A stretch of 32,141 bases of DNA from an uncultured Candidatus Saccharibacteria bacterium (GCA_964362515.1 CAYIEP010000002.1:1-32141), one strand, 5' to 3'. Shown: positions 1-9,501, counted from the first letter of the stretch. Notes: generated by a model not told the origin, from the sequence alone. Made by a program: numbers and translations.

Positions 1-29
1 TGGAGTTCAGACGTGTGCTCTTCCGATCT
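1..29. other. Illumina sequencing-adapter remnant at contig edge (technical artefact, not biology)
   Basis: Bases 1-29 read tggagttcagacgtgtgctcttccgatct, the 3' part of the standard Illumina adapter GTGACTGGAGTTCAGACGTGTGCTCTTCCGATCT. The dnaE frame opens directly after it. Confidence 0.9.
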
Positions 30-31
30 AA

Positions 32-1120
32 GCCATCGGTAAAAAAATTAAATCCCTGCTGGACTCTCAAAAAGAAATATTAATAAAAGGAATGATTAAT
101 AACGGAATACCGGAAAAGACCGCCAAAACCGTTTGGGAACTTTTCCCGCCGTTCGCGCGCTACGGATTCAACAGGTCTCATGCCGTCTGTTACGCCTTAA
201 TAGGGTATCAAACCGCTTATCTTAAGGCTCGCTGGCCCATAGAATTCGTTACTTCTCTTCTTAATTCCGATTCGGGAGATATTGAAAGAATAACTTTTTT
301 AATTTCCGAAGCCAAAAATATGAACGTAAAAGTTCTTCCGCCGGATATTAATAAAAGTTTCGTGGATTTCGCTCCCGAAGAAGGAAATATAAGATTCGGC
401 CTTCTGGCCATTAAAAATGTGGGCAAAAATATTGTCGACGCCATAATAGAAGAAAGACAAAAATCCGGTCCATTCAAAAATTTCACGGAATTTCTGAACA
501 GGATAAATCATAAAGACTTGAATAAAAAATCTTTGGAAAGCCTTGTAAAAGTCGGCGTGTTTGATTCTTTGGGAATTGACCGCGGAATATTATCTTTAAA
601 TATAGAAGAAATTATTTCTTATTTTCAAAATATCAGGAAATCAAAAAATTCTTCGCAAAACAGTCTTTTTGGAGACAATCCTTATTCAAACAATTTTAAT
701 TTTTTAAAAAATAACGCTAAAGTTCCGGTAAAGGAAAAGCTTGGCTGGGAAAGACAGCTTATCGGTCTTTATATTTCCGGACATCCTCTTGACCCGCACA
801 AAAATACTCTTGCTTTAAATAACGTCAGATCAATAAAAGAATTGACGGCAAATAAAAACGGCAATAACGGAAACGGCTTAAAAAGAATCGGCGGCGTTAT
901 CTCTTCTCTTAAAAAAATAATGAGCAAATCGGGACAAATCATTCTTTTCGTAAAAATTGAAGATTTCACTGGTTTCTTGGAAACGGTTGTTTTTTCCGAT
1001 ACGCTTTCTAAAAATCCCGCCGCCTGGAAAGAAAACAATACCGTTATGATAGAAGGAAAACTTTCCTGGAGAAACAACGAACCTAAATTTGTTTGCGAAA
1101 AAGTGGTAGAATTACAATAA
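32..1120 (+). CDS. dnaE: DNA polymerase III alpha subunit, C-terminal fragment (5' truncated by contig end)
   Basis: The frame is open from base 32 (AIGKKIKSLLDSQKEILIKG precedes the first Met at 92). FARYGFNRSHAVCYALIGYQTAYLKARWPIEF matches the conserved YGFNKSH...TAYLK...P.EF region of Pol III alpha. An OB-fold-like tail follows. Confidence 0.9.
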   Translation, partial: AIGKKIKSLLDSQKEILIKGMINNGIPEKTAKTVWELFPPFARYGFNRSHAVCYALIGYQTAYLKARWPIEFVTSLLNSDSGDIERITFLISEAKNMNVKVLPPDINKSFVDFAPEEGNIRFGLLAIKNVGKNIVDAIIEERQKSGPFKNFTEFLNRINHKDLNKKSLESLVKVGVFDSLGIDRGILSLNIEEIISYFQNIRKSKNSSQNSLFGDNPYSNNFNFLKNNAKVPVKEKLGWERQLIGLYISGHPLDPHKNTLALNNVRSIKELTANKNGNNGNGLKRIGGVISSLKKIMSKSGQIILFVKIEDFTGFLETVVFSDTLSKNPAAWKENNTVMIEGKLSWRNNEPKFVCEKVVELQ

Positions 1121-1124
1121 CAAC

Positions 1125-2843
1125 ATGATTGAAAATATTCGCCATTCATTAAGCCATGTCTTGGCAATGTCTGTTTTGGAAAAGTTTCCAAAAGCAAAGC
1201 TTGGGATAGGACCCGTTATTGAAAACGGTTTTTATTATGATTTTGGCAATATAAAGATTAATCCGGAAGACTTGACGATTTTTGAAAAAAGGATGCGCGA
1301 ACTTGTAAAAACGGGTCTTAAATTCGAAGGAAAGAAAATATCGCCGAGTGAAGCTAAAAAACTTTTTAAAAATCAGCCGTATAAATTAGAGCTCATTAAA
1401 GAATTTTCAAAAGATAAAAAACAATTAACCGCTTATAAAAGCGGGCATTTCATTGATTTATGCAAGGGCGGCCATATTAAAACAACCAAAGAAATAAACC
1501 CCGACTCTTTCAAGCTGATAAAACTCGCCGGCGCCTACTGGAAAGGAAGCGAAAAAAACCCGATGCTCACAAGAATTTACGGCGTAGCTTTTGATAATAA
1601 AAACGGGCTGGAAGAATATTTAAAAAAACAAGAAGAAGCCCGGCGTTGCGACCACAGAATTATTGGAGAAAAATTGGAACTTTTTATGATTGACGACGAT
1701 ATCGGAAAAGGGTTGCCGCTTTATCTGCCTAACGGGTATAAAATAAGAAAAAAACTTGAAGATTATATTTATAACATAGAAAAACAAAACGGCTATCTCC
1801 ACGTCCTTACCCCTCACATCGCCAAAGAAGCGATTTATCTAAAATCCGGACATTTAGCTCATTACAAAGAAGATATGTATCCCCCTATTTTGATTGATAA
1901 CGAGCGTTATTATCTTAAACCGATGAATTGCCCCCATCATCATTCAATTTATAAAAATAAGCAAAGAAGTTATAAGGAGCTTCCCTTAAGAATTGCCGAA
2001 TTCGGAACCGTTTATAGGCGCGAAATGTCCGGCGTTGTCTCGGGTCTTATAAGAATGCGCGGCTTTACTCAAAACGACGCCCATATTTATACCAACGAAG
2101 AGAATCTTGAAAAAGAGCTTACAAGTATTCTGAAATTTCATAAAAAAATTTATGACGATTTAAATATTAAAGATTATTGGTACAGGCTTTCTCTTCCGGA
2201 TTTCAAAAACAAAGAAAAATTCGGCGATATAAAAAATAAAAAAATGTGGCAAAAAGGCTCGTTAATATTAAAAAAAGTCCTTAAAGATAATAGTTATGAA
2301 TTTGTTGAGGGGAAAGGCGAAGCCACTTTCTACGGGCCGAAAATTGATATCCAGAGCAAAGACCTTTACGGCAAGGAAGACACAATAGCCACCATTCAGG
2401 TTGATTATTATTCCGCGTCAAAATTCAATCTTTCATATATAGATAAAAACGGCAAGGAAAAACCGGCGATTATTATTCATAGGGCTATTTTGGGTTCATT
2501 TGACAGATTTATGGCTTTTTTAATAGAAAAAACCTGCGGTAATCTGCCATTTTGGCTTTCACCCGTTCAGGTTAAAGTTCTTACCGTAAGCGAAAAACAA
2601 AAAGAATACGCCCAAAAAGTATTTCTTGAGCTTCAAAAAGTCGGGATTGACGCGAGCCTTGCTCCGTTTGATGAAACTCTCGGGAAAAAAATCCGTGAAG
2701 CGGAAATTAAAAAAATACCGTATATCGTTATAATTGGAGAAAAAGAAACGGAAAAAAACACGATTAATATCAGAAGACTCGGCAAACAATACGAAACGAC
2801 GATGGAAGAATTTAAAAATTCTCTAACTAAAGAGTTGCGATGA
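1125..2843 (+). CDS. thrS: threonine--tRNA ligase, starting at the editing domain (no N-terminal TGS domain)
   Basis: Editing motifs RHSLSHVL and LCKGGH. Class II core MNCPHHH, FGTVYRREMSG, RGFTQNDAHIY, FYGPKID. C-terminal anticodon-binding domain. 572 aa. Confidence 0.93.
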   Translation: MIENIRHSLSHVLAMSVLEKFPKAKLGIGPVIENGFYYDFGNIKINPEDLTIFEKRMRELVKTGLKFEGKKISPSEAKKLFKNQPYKLELIKEFSKDKKQLTAYKSGHFIDLCKGGHIKTTKEINPDSFKLIKLAGAYWKGSEKNPMLTRIYGVAFDNKNGLEEYLKKQEEARRCDHRIIGEKLELFMIDDDIGKGLPLYLPNGYKIRKKLEDYIYNIEKQNGYLHVLTPHIAKEAIYLKSGHLAHYKEDMYPPILIDNERYYLKPMNCPHHHSIYKNKQRSYKELPLRIAEFGTVYRREMSGVVSGLIRMRGFTQNDAHIYTNEENLEKELTSILKFHKKIYDDLNIKDYWYRLSLPDFKNKEKFGDIKNKKMWQKGSLILKKVLKDNSYEFVEGKGEATFYGPKIDIQSKDLYGKEDTIATIQVDYYSASKFNLSYIDKNGKEKPAIIIHRAILGSFDRFMAFLIEKTCGNLPFWLSPVQVKVLTVSEKQKEYAQKVFLELQKVGIDASLAPFDETLGKKIREAEIKKIPYIVIIGEKETEKNTINIRRLGKQYETTMEEFKNSLTKELR

Positions 2844-3724
2844 AGATAATTGTCATTCTCGGGCCGACCTCTTCGGGAAAATCGGATTTAGCGGTAAAAC
2901 TGGCCCAAAAATTTAACGGAGAAATAGTTTCCGCCGACTCCAGACAGGTTTATAGGGAATTAGATATTGGAAGCGGAAAAATAACGAAAAAAGAAATGAA
3001 AGGCGTTAAGCATTATCTCCTTGACGTCGCCGACCCCAAAAAAAATTTTACGGTTGTTCAATACCAAAAACTGGCAAAAGAAGCCGTTAAAAAAATAGTC
3101 AAAAACGGCAAATTGCCGATTATCTGCGGAGGAACGGGTTTTTATATTGATTCTTTAATATACGATTACAAATTTCCCGAAACTAAACCGCGCTTAAAAT
3201 TAAGAAAAGAGCTTGATAAAAAAGAGATAAAAGAACTTCTTAAAATTTTAGAAAAAATAAATCCGAAATTTTATAAAAAAATAGACAAAAATAACAAAAG
3301 AAGAATTATCCGCGCCATTGAACTGACGAAAGAAATCGGAGATATTCCGAAAATTATTAAAAATTACCCCTATCAATACTTGAAAATAGGAATTAAAAAA
3401 GATTCGGGAACTCTTAAAAAACTGATATATAAAAGGCTTAAAAAAAGAATAAAAGCCGGAATGCTCAATGAGGTTAAAAAACTCATAAAAAAGGGCGTGA
3501 GCCATAAAAGATTGGAAGATTTGGGGATGGAATACCGTTATGTTTCCCGTTATTTAAGAGGGTTAATCAACAAGCAGGAAATGATTGATTTAATTAACAG
3601 AGAACACCGACGCTATTCAAAACGCCAAATGACGTGGTTTAAAAAAGACAAAGAAATTAATTGGATAACAAGAGAAAAAGAAGCCTACGACCTTATTAAA
3701 AATTTTATGTCACCCCGGCCTTAA
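2840..3724 (+). CDS. miaA: tRNA dimethylallyltransferase
   Basis: P-loop GPTSSGKS, SADSRQVYRELDIGSGK, CGGTGFY, YSKRQMTWF. ATGA start/stop overlap with thrS. Confidence 0.92.
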   Translation: MKIIVILGPTSSGKSDLAVKLAQKFNGEIVSADSRQVYRELDIGSGKITKKEMKGVKHYLLDVADPKKNFTVVQYQKLAKEAVKKIVKNGKLPIICGGTGFYIDSLIYDYKFPETKPRLKLRKELDKKEIKELLKILEKINPKFYKKIDKNNKRRIIRAIELTKEIGDIPKIIKNYPYQYLKIGIKKDSGTLKKLIYKRLKKRIKAGMLNEVKKLIKKGVSHKRLEDLGMEYRYVSRYLRGLINKQEMIDLINREHRRYSKRQMTWFKKDKEINWITREKEAYDLIKNFMSPRP

Positions 3725-3772
3725 TTCTCTGTATTTTCTTATTTTCTCCAAAAAATCCTCCAATTCCTCTTC

Positions 3773-3795
3773 AGGGATTAATTCTATTAATCCCT
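3773..3795. terminator. 10-bp hairpin between convergent miaA and gatB (candidate bidirectional terminator)
   Basis: agggattaat-tct-attaatccct is a perfect inverted repeat in the 145-nt convergent spacer. The U-tract is only moderate in either sense. Confidence 0.35.
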
Positions 3796-3869
3796 CTAAT
3801 TCTCTTAATGCCCTCTGTCTTATATTTTCCTGATTTTCTTTTCCATCTCTTCCGCCATCTGGAAATTTC

Positions 3870-5312
3870 TTAATTTCGCCCATAATTTATCAGTTCTCTA
3901 AAAATATTTTTTAATTTTTCCGGATCGCCGCGACCTTTAAGCTTTGCCATCGCTTGGCCTATTAAAAACTGCATGACATTATCTTTCCCTTTCTTATAGT
4001 CTTCAACCGCTTTTATATTGTCCTTTAAAACCGACACGGCCGTTTCTTTAATAATGTCATTATCAAAAATTTTTCCCAATTCTTTTTCCTTAATAATATT
4101 ACGTGGGTCGTCTCCGGTCAACATCATTTCTTTAAGAATTTCCTTAGCTGTTTTGCTTAGTATTTCTCCCTTAATTATCATCGTGATTAAATCGGCGAAA
4201 TTTTCCGGCGTTATTTTAATCCCCGTTACTTTCAGGTTGCTTTCGTTCATTAATCCTTTAAGGTCGCTTGTTAAATAATTAAACAATAATTGGCAATCGG
4301 CATCCGGCGATTCGGATTTTAACTCCGATACGGCTTCTTCAAAATAATCAGCTAAAAATAAATCAGAAATCAAAACCTCCGACTGTTCGCGCGACAAATT
4401 ATATTCTCTTAAAAATCTGCCCCTTTTTTTTTCAGGAAGCTCCGGAATTTCCATTTTCAATTCGTCTGTTCTAAATCCTTTAATATCAAGCGGCGGCAAA
4501 TCTGGCTCCGGAAAATAACGATAATCATGAGCTTCTTCTTTCTTTCTTTGGGGAAAAGTGCTTTTTTTGTTTTCGTCCCACCCTCTTGTTTCTTGAGTAA
4601 CTTTATTTCCCGTTTCTAAGATTTCTTTTTGCCTTTTAATTTCATAATCTATAGATTCTTCAACCGCCCTGAAAGAATTAAGGTTTTTTATTTCAACTTT
4701 TGTCCCCAGATTTTCGTCTTTAGAAACGCTTATATTGGCTTCCACTCTCATATGGCCTTTTTCCATATCCGCGTCGGAAATGCCAAGATATTTTAAGATT
4801 AATTGAAATTCCTTGGCAAAAGCAACCGCCTCTTTGCCGTTTTTTATATCCGGTTCGGTGACAAGCTCCATTAACGGCAAACCCGCCCTGTTAAAATCAA
4901 CCAGTGAAGATTTTCCGTCATTGGAATGAATAAGTCTTCCCGTGTCTTCCTCTAAGTGTATTCTTGTTAATTTTATTCTTCTATTTTCAAAAATGTCCAA
5001 GTATCCGCCGGAACATAATGGTTCGTCGTATTGAGATATTTGGTATCCCTTCGGCAAATCCGGATAAAAATAATTTTTTCTGTCAAATTTAGACCTCTCG
5101 GGAATTCTTGAGTTAAGAGCTATCCCCGCTTTTAAAACGGCTTCAATGGCTTTTTTATTGGCGAATGGCAACGCGCCCGGATGCCCCAAGCAAACTTGGC
5201 AAACATTAAAATTAGGCCTTTTTTCATCAGGATTATTAACACAACCGCAAAACATTTTAGTTTTTGTTTTTAATTCAGCGTGAACTTCCAATCCAATGGT
5301 TGGCTGATACAT
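3870..5312 (-). CDS. gatB: Asp-tRNA(Asn)/Glu-tRNA(Gln) amidotransferase subunit B
   Basis: MYQPTIGLEVHAELKTKTKMFCGC, LGHPGALP, NYFYPDLPKGYQISQ, MRVEANISV and a C-terminal YqeY-like tail. Typical GatB, 480 aa. Confidence 0.95.
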   Translation of the reverse strand: MYQPTIGLEVHAELKTKTKMFCGCVNNPDEKRPNFNVCQVCLGHPGALPFANKKAIEAVLKAGIALNSRIPERSKFDRKNYFYPDLPKGYQISQYDEPLCSGGYLDIFENRRIKLTRIHLEEDTGRLIHSNDGKSSLVDFNRAGLPLMELVTEPDIKNGKEAVAFAKEFQLILKYLGISDADMEKGHMRVEANISVSKDENLGTKVEIKNLNSFRAVEESIDYEIKRQKEILETGNKVTQETRGWDENKKSTFPQRKKEEAHDYRYFPEPDLPPLDIKGFRTDELKMEIPELPEKKRGRFLREYNLSREQSEVLISDLFLADYFEEAVSELKSESPDADCQLLFNYLTSDLKGLMNESNLKVTGIKITPENFADLITMIIKGEILSKTAKEILKEMMLTGDDPRNIIKEKELGKIFDNDIIKETAVSVLKDNIKAVEDYKKGKDNVMQFLIGQAMAKLKGRGDPEKLKNIFRELINYGRN

Positions 5313-5419
5313 ATCATAATTATATAAATTTTAATCATAAGCGCAAAAAAGGGACGGCTTTCGCGCCTATACTAATACTAATCAATCTTACTAATGCTAA
5401 TCGATCTAGTGGCTAGTGG

Positions 5420-5845
5420 CTAGTCTTCAATTTCTATTCCCATCGATCTCGCTGTGCCCTCTATTATTTTGCAAGCCGCTTCAATATCGTTGGCGTTTAA
5501 ATCTGCCATTTTCTTTTCCGCAATCTGCCTAATTTGTTCTTTTTTAACTTTGCCGACTTTACCTTTTAAGGGATTAGACGCTCCTTTATCAATTCCCGCC
5601 GCTTTTCTCAATAAGTCCGACGCCGGAGGAGTTTTTAGCTTAAAATCAAAAGTTCTATCTTCGTAAACGGTAATTTCCGCGGGAATAATATCGCCGGCCA
5701 TATTTTTGGTAGCTTCGTTAAACTGTTGGCAGAATTGCTGGATATTTACTCCATGCTGACCCAAAGCCGGACCAACCGGAGGAGCGGGGTTTGCCGTTCC
5801 CGCTAAAATCTGTAATTTTACTATTGTCTTTATTAATTTAGCCAT
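5420..5845 (-). CDS. rplK: 50S ribosomal protein L11
   Basis: [34 protein letters not shown] is the L11 signature. It starts 9 nt after the rpsE stop. Confidence 0.96.
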   Translation of the reverse strand: MAKLIKTIVKLQILAGTANPAPPVGPALGQHGVNIQQFCQQFNEATKNMAGDIIPAEITVYEDRTFDFKLKTPPASDLLRKAAGIDKGASNPLKGKVGKVKKEQIRQIAEKKMADLNANDIEAACKIIEGTARSMGIEIED

Positions 5846-5854
5846 AATTATTTT

Positions 5855-6313
5855 TTAATATTTTTTTTCCTTAATTCTCTTTAAGGCTTCGATTGTCGCC
5901 AAAGCGTTTGTTAATTTATTTTTTGTTCTTCCTAAGCACTTGGCGCTGGCATCCCTGACGCCCGCCAAGAGAAGAACTTGCCTCACTGCTCCGCCGGCCT
6001 TAAGACCATGCCCGGCCGGAGCCGGCTTAATTATTACTTTAGCGGCGCTAAATTTAGCTTCAACTTCATGTGGAATGGTGGTGCCAAAGATGGGCACGTT
6101 TATTAATTTCTTCCTCGCGGAAATCTTGGCTTTATCAACCGATTGCGCCACATTTAATCCTTTATCAATACCCACCCCGACCCTTCCTTTTTCATCGCCG
6201 ATAACAACCGTTGCCCTAAAACGAAAACGCTTTCCTCCGGCAACAACTCTGGTTACCCTTCTTAGGTCTAAAACTTTTTCTTTAAATTCCGATGTTTTTT
6301 TTGCGTCTCTCAT
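5855..6313 (-). CDS. rpsE: 30S ribosomal protein S5
   Basis: RVTRVVAGGKRFRFRATVVIGDEKGRVGVG ... AGHGLKAGGAVR. Position after L18. Confidence 0.96.
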   Translation of the reverse strand: MRDAKKTSEFKEKVLDLRRVTRVVAGGKRFRFRATVVIGDEKGRVGVGIDKGLNVAQSVDKAKISARKKLINVPIFGTTIPHEVEAKFSAAKVIIKPAPAGHGLKAGGAVRQVLLLAGVRDASAKCLGRTKNKLTNALATIEALKRIKEKKY

Positions 6314-6318
6314 ATCTA

Positions 6319-6672
6319 TTAAAAAATTAATCCCGCCTTTCTTGCTCCTTCCGCGATATTCTTAACGCGACCGTGATATTTATAATGACCTCTGTCAAAA
6401 ATTACTTTCTTAATTCCTTTATCAACGGCTTTTTTCGCGATAAGTTCTCCGAGAATTAAAGACTTGTCTGATTTTTTTCCTTTTGTTTTTAATTCTTTCG
6501 TAGAAGCGCTCGCTAACGTTAATCCTTTTTCGTCGTCGATTATTTGGACATAAGTATGACGGCTTGACCTGAAAACCGAAAACCTCGGCCTATCATTGCC
6601 GCCGTATATTTTAGCTCTTGTTCTGGTTTTTCTTCTTTCCTTTTTCTTGTTTAATTTAATTCTCTTGTTCAT
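6319..6672 (-). CDS. rplR: 50S ribosomal protein L18
   Basis: RPRFSVFRSSRHTYVQIIDD ... FDRGHYKYHGRVKNIAEGARKAGL. Confidence 0.95.
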   Translation of the reverse strand: MNKRIKLNKKKERRKTRTRAKIYGGNDRPRFSVFRSSRHTYVQIIDDEKGLTLASASTKELKTKGKKSDKSLILGELIAKKAVDKGIKKVIFDRGHYKYHGRVKNIAEGARKAGLIF

Positions 6673-6687
6673 ATTATTTTATTTCTT

Positions 6688-7233
6688 TTATTTTATTCCT
6701 TCCGCCATTTTCTTGCCGGCTTTTATTTTTACTATTTCTCCTTCATATCTTATTCCTTTCCCCTTATAGGGCTCCGGTTTTTTAAAAGCCCTTATATCGG
6801 CCGCTGTTTGTCCTACAAGATTTTTGTCTATTCCTGAAATTTTAATAATATTTTTTTCAACGACTATCTTTATTCCTTCGGGAGTATTGAATTTTACAAC
6901 GTGAGAAAAACCTATGTTTAAAATCAAAGAATTACCGTCGAGATTAGCCTTATACCCTATCCCTTCTATTTTTAAAACTTTTTCAAAGCCCCGATCCACC
7001 CCGATTATAGCATTATTAACTAAGGCCCTCATCGTGCCCCAATTAGCCATAACCTGTTTGGAATTATTCCGCGGAGAAAAATTAATATTGTCATCCTTAA
7101 CCTCTATATTTATATTATTAAGAATCCTAAGGCTTATTGTTCCGTTTTTTCCGTTAATTACAATAACGCCGTCTTTGATATCAACGGTTAATCCTTGAGG
7201 AATTAATATTGGTTTTTTGCCTATTTTGCTCAT
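6688..7233 (-). CDS. rplF: 50S ribosomal protein L6
   Basis: MSKIGKKPILIPQGLTV ... PEPYKGKGIRYEGE. Operon position. Confidence 0.95.
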   Translation of the reverse strand: MSKIGKKPILIPQGLTVDIKDGVIVINGKNGTISLRILNNINIEVKDDNINFSPRNNSKQVMANWGTMRALVNNAIIGVDRGFEKVLKIEGIGYKANLDGNSLILNIGFSHVVKFNTPEGIKIVVEKNIIKISGIDKNLVGQTAADIRAFKKPEPYKGKGIRYEGEIVKIKAGKKMAEGIK

Positions 7234-7238
7234 AAATT

Positions 7239-7619
7239 TTACCAGATTTGAAAAAGCGCTTGTCCGCCGACTTTTATTTTTCTGGCTTCTTGGCCGGTTA
7301 TTATTCCTTTCGGAGTGGAAATCAGCAATAAGCCATAACCTCTTTTCACCGGTTTTATATCTTTATATCCGAGATATATTTTTCTTGACGGTTTGCTTAT
7401 GAATTTAACGCCGTTAATCGCGCCTTTCTCATCGTGATATTTTAATTCAATATCTAAAATCTTGTTAACCCCCTTCCCTTTTTTATCAACTCCTGAAAGA
7501 TAATTGTTTTTGACAAGTATTTCAATTATCCGTTCATCCATTTTAGAATAGCGGGATTTTACGCTTTTTGTTTTAATTAATTGGGCGTTTTTAATTTTAG
7601 TGATAATATCCGTATACAT
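7239..7619 (-). CDS. rpsH: 30S ribosomal protein S8
   Basis: DIITKIKNAQL ... GLLLISTPKGIITGQEARKIKVGGQALFQIW. Confidence 0.95.
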   Translation of the reverse strand: MYTDIITKIKNAQLIKTKSVKSRYSKMDERIIEILVKNNYLSGVDKKGKGVNKILDIELKYHDEKGAINGVKFISKPSRKIYLGYKDIKPVKRGYGLLLISTPKGIITGQEARKIKVGGQALFQIW

Positions 7620-7625
7620 ATTTTT

Positions 7626-7811
7626 TTACCAGCTTGATTTTTTAACTCCCGGAATTTCTCCTCGACTCGCTAATTCTCTGAAACAAATTCTACAAAGCCC
7701 GAAGTCGCTCATGTATCCCCTTTTCCGGCCGCACCTAAAACAACGCCTGACGATTCTAGTCGAATATTTTGGCTGCTTTTTAGCTCTTGCTATTACAGAT
7801 GTCTTTGCCAT
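7626..7811 (-). CDS. rpsN: 30S ribosomal protein S14, short zinc-binding type (61 aa)
   Basis: [25 protein letters not shown] has the CxxC...CxxC pattern. Position between L5 and S8. Confidence 0.95.
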   Translation of the reverse strand: MAKTSVIARAKKQPKYSTRIVRRCFRCGRKRGYMSDFGLCRICFRELASRGEIPGVKKSSW

Positions 7812-7828
7812 AAATCATTAATCATTGA

Positions 7829-8383
7829 TTAATTCTTCTTGAATGGGATTCCCATTAATTTATATAATTCTATTGCCTCTTCTTTATTTTTGGCGTTACT
7901 CACAATACTTATTTGAAGACCGAAATTAACTTTTGAATTTTCCGGGGAAATTTCAGGAAAAACCGTTTGCTCTTTCAAGCCGATAGTTAGATTGCCGTTT
8001 TTATCAATATTTTTTAAATCAATTCCCTTAAAATCTCTTACCCTCGGCAAAATAATATTAATCAATTTATCCAAAAAATAAAACATTTTTTCTTTTCTTA
8101 ACGTAACTTTCATGCCTATTATTTGGCCTATTCTTGTTTTAAATCCGGCAATTGATTTTTTTGCTTTTGTGGCAATCGGCCTCTGACCGGTAATCGCGGC
8201 TATTTCTTTTATTAATTCAGGAAGAATTTTATCTTCAAAACTGGGCTGTTGGCTAAGTCTTCCAACGCCGCTATTAATAATTATTTTCTCTATTTTCGGG
8301 ATAGCAAACTGATTTTCATAACCGAACTTTTCTTTCATATCTTTCATAACTTCTTTTTTATATTTTTCAACTAATGTTTTCAT
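7829..8383 (-). CDS. rplE: 50S ribosomal protein L5 (start placed at internal Met; the ORF could extend to 8422)
   Basis: FAIPKIEKIIINSGVG, ITGQRPIATKAKKSIAGFK. MKTLVEKYKKEV matches the usual L5 N-terminus. The 8422 start would overlap rplX by 28 nt. Confidence 0.9.
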   Translation of the reverse strand: MKTLVEKYKKEVMKDMKEKFGYENQFAIPKIEKIIINSGVGRLSQQPSFEDKILPELIKEIAAITGQRPIATKAKKSIAGFKTRIGQIIGMKVTLRKEKMFYFLDKLINIILPRVRDFKGIDLKNIDKNGNLTIGLKEQTVFPEISPENSKVNFGLQISIVSNAKNKEEAIELYKLMGIPFKKN

Positions 8384-8394
8384 ATAACGGGTAA

Positions 8395-8700
8395 TTATAT
8401 TTTTGATGAGCACTTTTTGCAAATCCTAAACTTTTTTTCTCCTTCAATTTTAAATCCTACTCTTGCGCTTTTACCGCAAGAAGAACAGACAAGCATCACA
8501 TTAGATAAATCTATGGGCCTGGGAACCATCACTATTGAGCCTTTTTCTCCTTGTTTTTTCGGTTTTGCGTGTTTTTTGTATAAATTAAGCCCTTCAATTA
8601 AAATCTTGCCTTTATCGGGAAAAACCTTTAAAACTTTTCCCGTTTTTTTGCCGTCTTTTCCGACCAATATTTTAATTGTGTCTCCTTTTTTTATTTTCAT
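8395..8700 (-). CDS. rplX: 50S ribosomal protein L24
   Basis: MKIKKGDTIKILVGKDGKKTGKVLKV (KOW motif). A CxxC...CxxC-containing tail. 4-nt overlap with rplN. Confidence 0.94.
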   Translation of the reverse strand: MKIKKGDTIKILVGKDGKKTGKVLKVFPDKGKILIEGLNLYKKHAKPKKQGEKGSIVMVPRPIDLSNVMLVCSSCGKSARVGFKIEGEKKFRICKKCSSKI

Positions 8701-9065
8701 ACTATTTCTTCCGCCATTGTTACTATTTTCTCAAATCCTTTTTCTTTCAATTCTCTTGGAATCGGACCGAATATTCTCGTGGCTCTCGGCTCTTTCTTGA
8801 CATCCACTAAAACAACCGCGTTTTCATCAAATCTGATGTAAGAACCGTCGAATCTTCTGAAACTCTTGCGCTGTCTTACAAGAACAACTCTTACGATTTC
8901 TTTCTTTTTAACCGTTTTTCGCGGCTCGGCCTCTTGAACAGAGGCGACAAAAATATCGCCGATTCTTGCATATCTTTTTCTTGTAGCGCCTAAAATTCTA
9001 AAACAACGGACGATTTTAGCTCCGCTGTTATCCGCTACTTTTAAAATTGAACGTTCTTGGATCAT
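8697..9065 (-). CDS. rplN: 50S ribosomal protein L14
   Basis: MIQERSILKVADNSGAKIVRCFRILG ... TRIFGPIPRELK. Confidence 0.96.
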   Translation of the reverse strand: MIQERSILKVADNSGAKIVRCFRILGATRKRYARIGDIFVASVQEAEPRKTVKKKEIVRVVLVRQRKSFRRFDGSYIRFDENAVVLVDVKKEPRATRIFGPIPRELKEKGFEKIVTMAEEIV

Positions 9066-9080
9066 TGTTTTTGCCCTGAA

Positions 9081-9311
9081 TTAACTACGCGATACTATTC
9101 TCCATCTTTTTTCTTTTGATAACGGCCTTGTTTCTTCTATGAAAACATTGTCTCCTGTATGATATTCGTTTTTCTCGTCGTGCGCTTTAAATTTCCGAGT
9201 TATTTTATAATATTTTTTATAACGCGGATGTTTTTTTAATCTGATAACCGCGACAACTCGCGTCTTGTCCATTTTGTCTGAAACAATTATTCCTTGTAAT
9301 TTACGCTTCAT
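9081..9311 (-). CDS. rpsQ: 30S ribosomal protein S17
   Basis: [19 protein letters not shown] ... [18 protein letters not shown]. Confidence 0.94.
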   Translation of the reverse strand: MKRKLQGIIVSDKMDKTRVVAVIRLKKHPRYKKYYKITRKFKAHDEKNEYHTGDNVFIEETRPLSKEKRWRIVSRS

Positions 9312-9501
9312 GTTTCGAATTTATTATAGTTAATATTCTCGCTATCGCCTTTTTTGTTTCTTTAACTTCCTTGATATTCTTAACTTTGCCGGCGGCCAAG
9401 TCAAATCCAAGATTCCTTAATTTCTCCCGATAATCAACAAGGCTTTTTTCAAGCTCGGGCAATGATTTGTTTTTGATAATTTCAAAATCTTTCCTTTTCA
9501 T
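9301..9501 (-). CDS. rpmC: 50S ribosomal protein L29
   Basis: 66-aa helical protein ([26 protein letters not shown]) in the canonical slot between L16 and S17. Confidence 0.9.
   Translation of the reverse strand: MKRKDFEIIKNKSLPELEKSLVDYREKLRNLGFDLAAGKVKNIKEVKETKKAIARILTIINSKHEA

Noticed and set aside
3725-3869. Possible small ORF or gatB read-through extension in the miaA-gatB convergent spacer.
   Set aside because: Only a 12-codon ATG ORF exists. The longer open frame has no start codon and is merely in frame with the gatB stop.
5313-5419. GATTAG/ATTAG direct repeats, a duplicated ctagtgg at the rplK stop, and a weak GC hairpin followed by a U6 run between rplK and gatB.
   Set aside because: The hairpin has only 3-4 bp and is not a convincing terminator. 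The short AT-rich repeats are within what chance and local slippage produce in this composition.
8384-8422. Upstream ATG (8422) as the rplE start.
   Set aside because: It adds 13 non-conserved residues and overlaps rplX by 28 nt. The Met at 8383 matches the usual L5 N-terminus. The upstream start is not excluded, only less likely.
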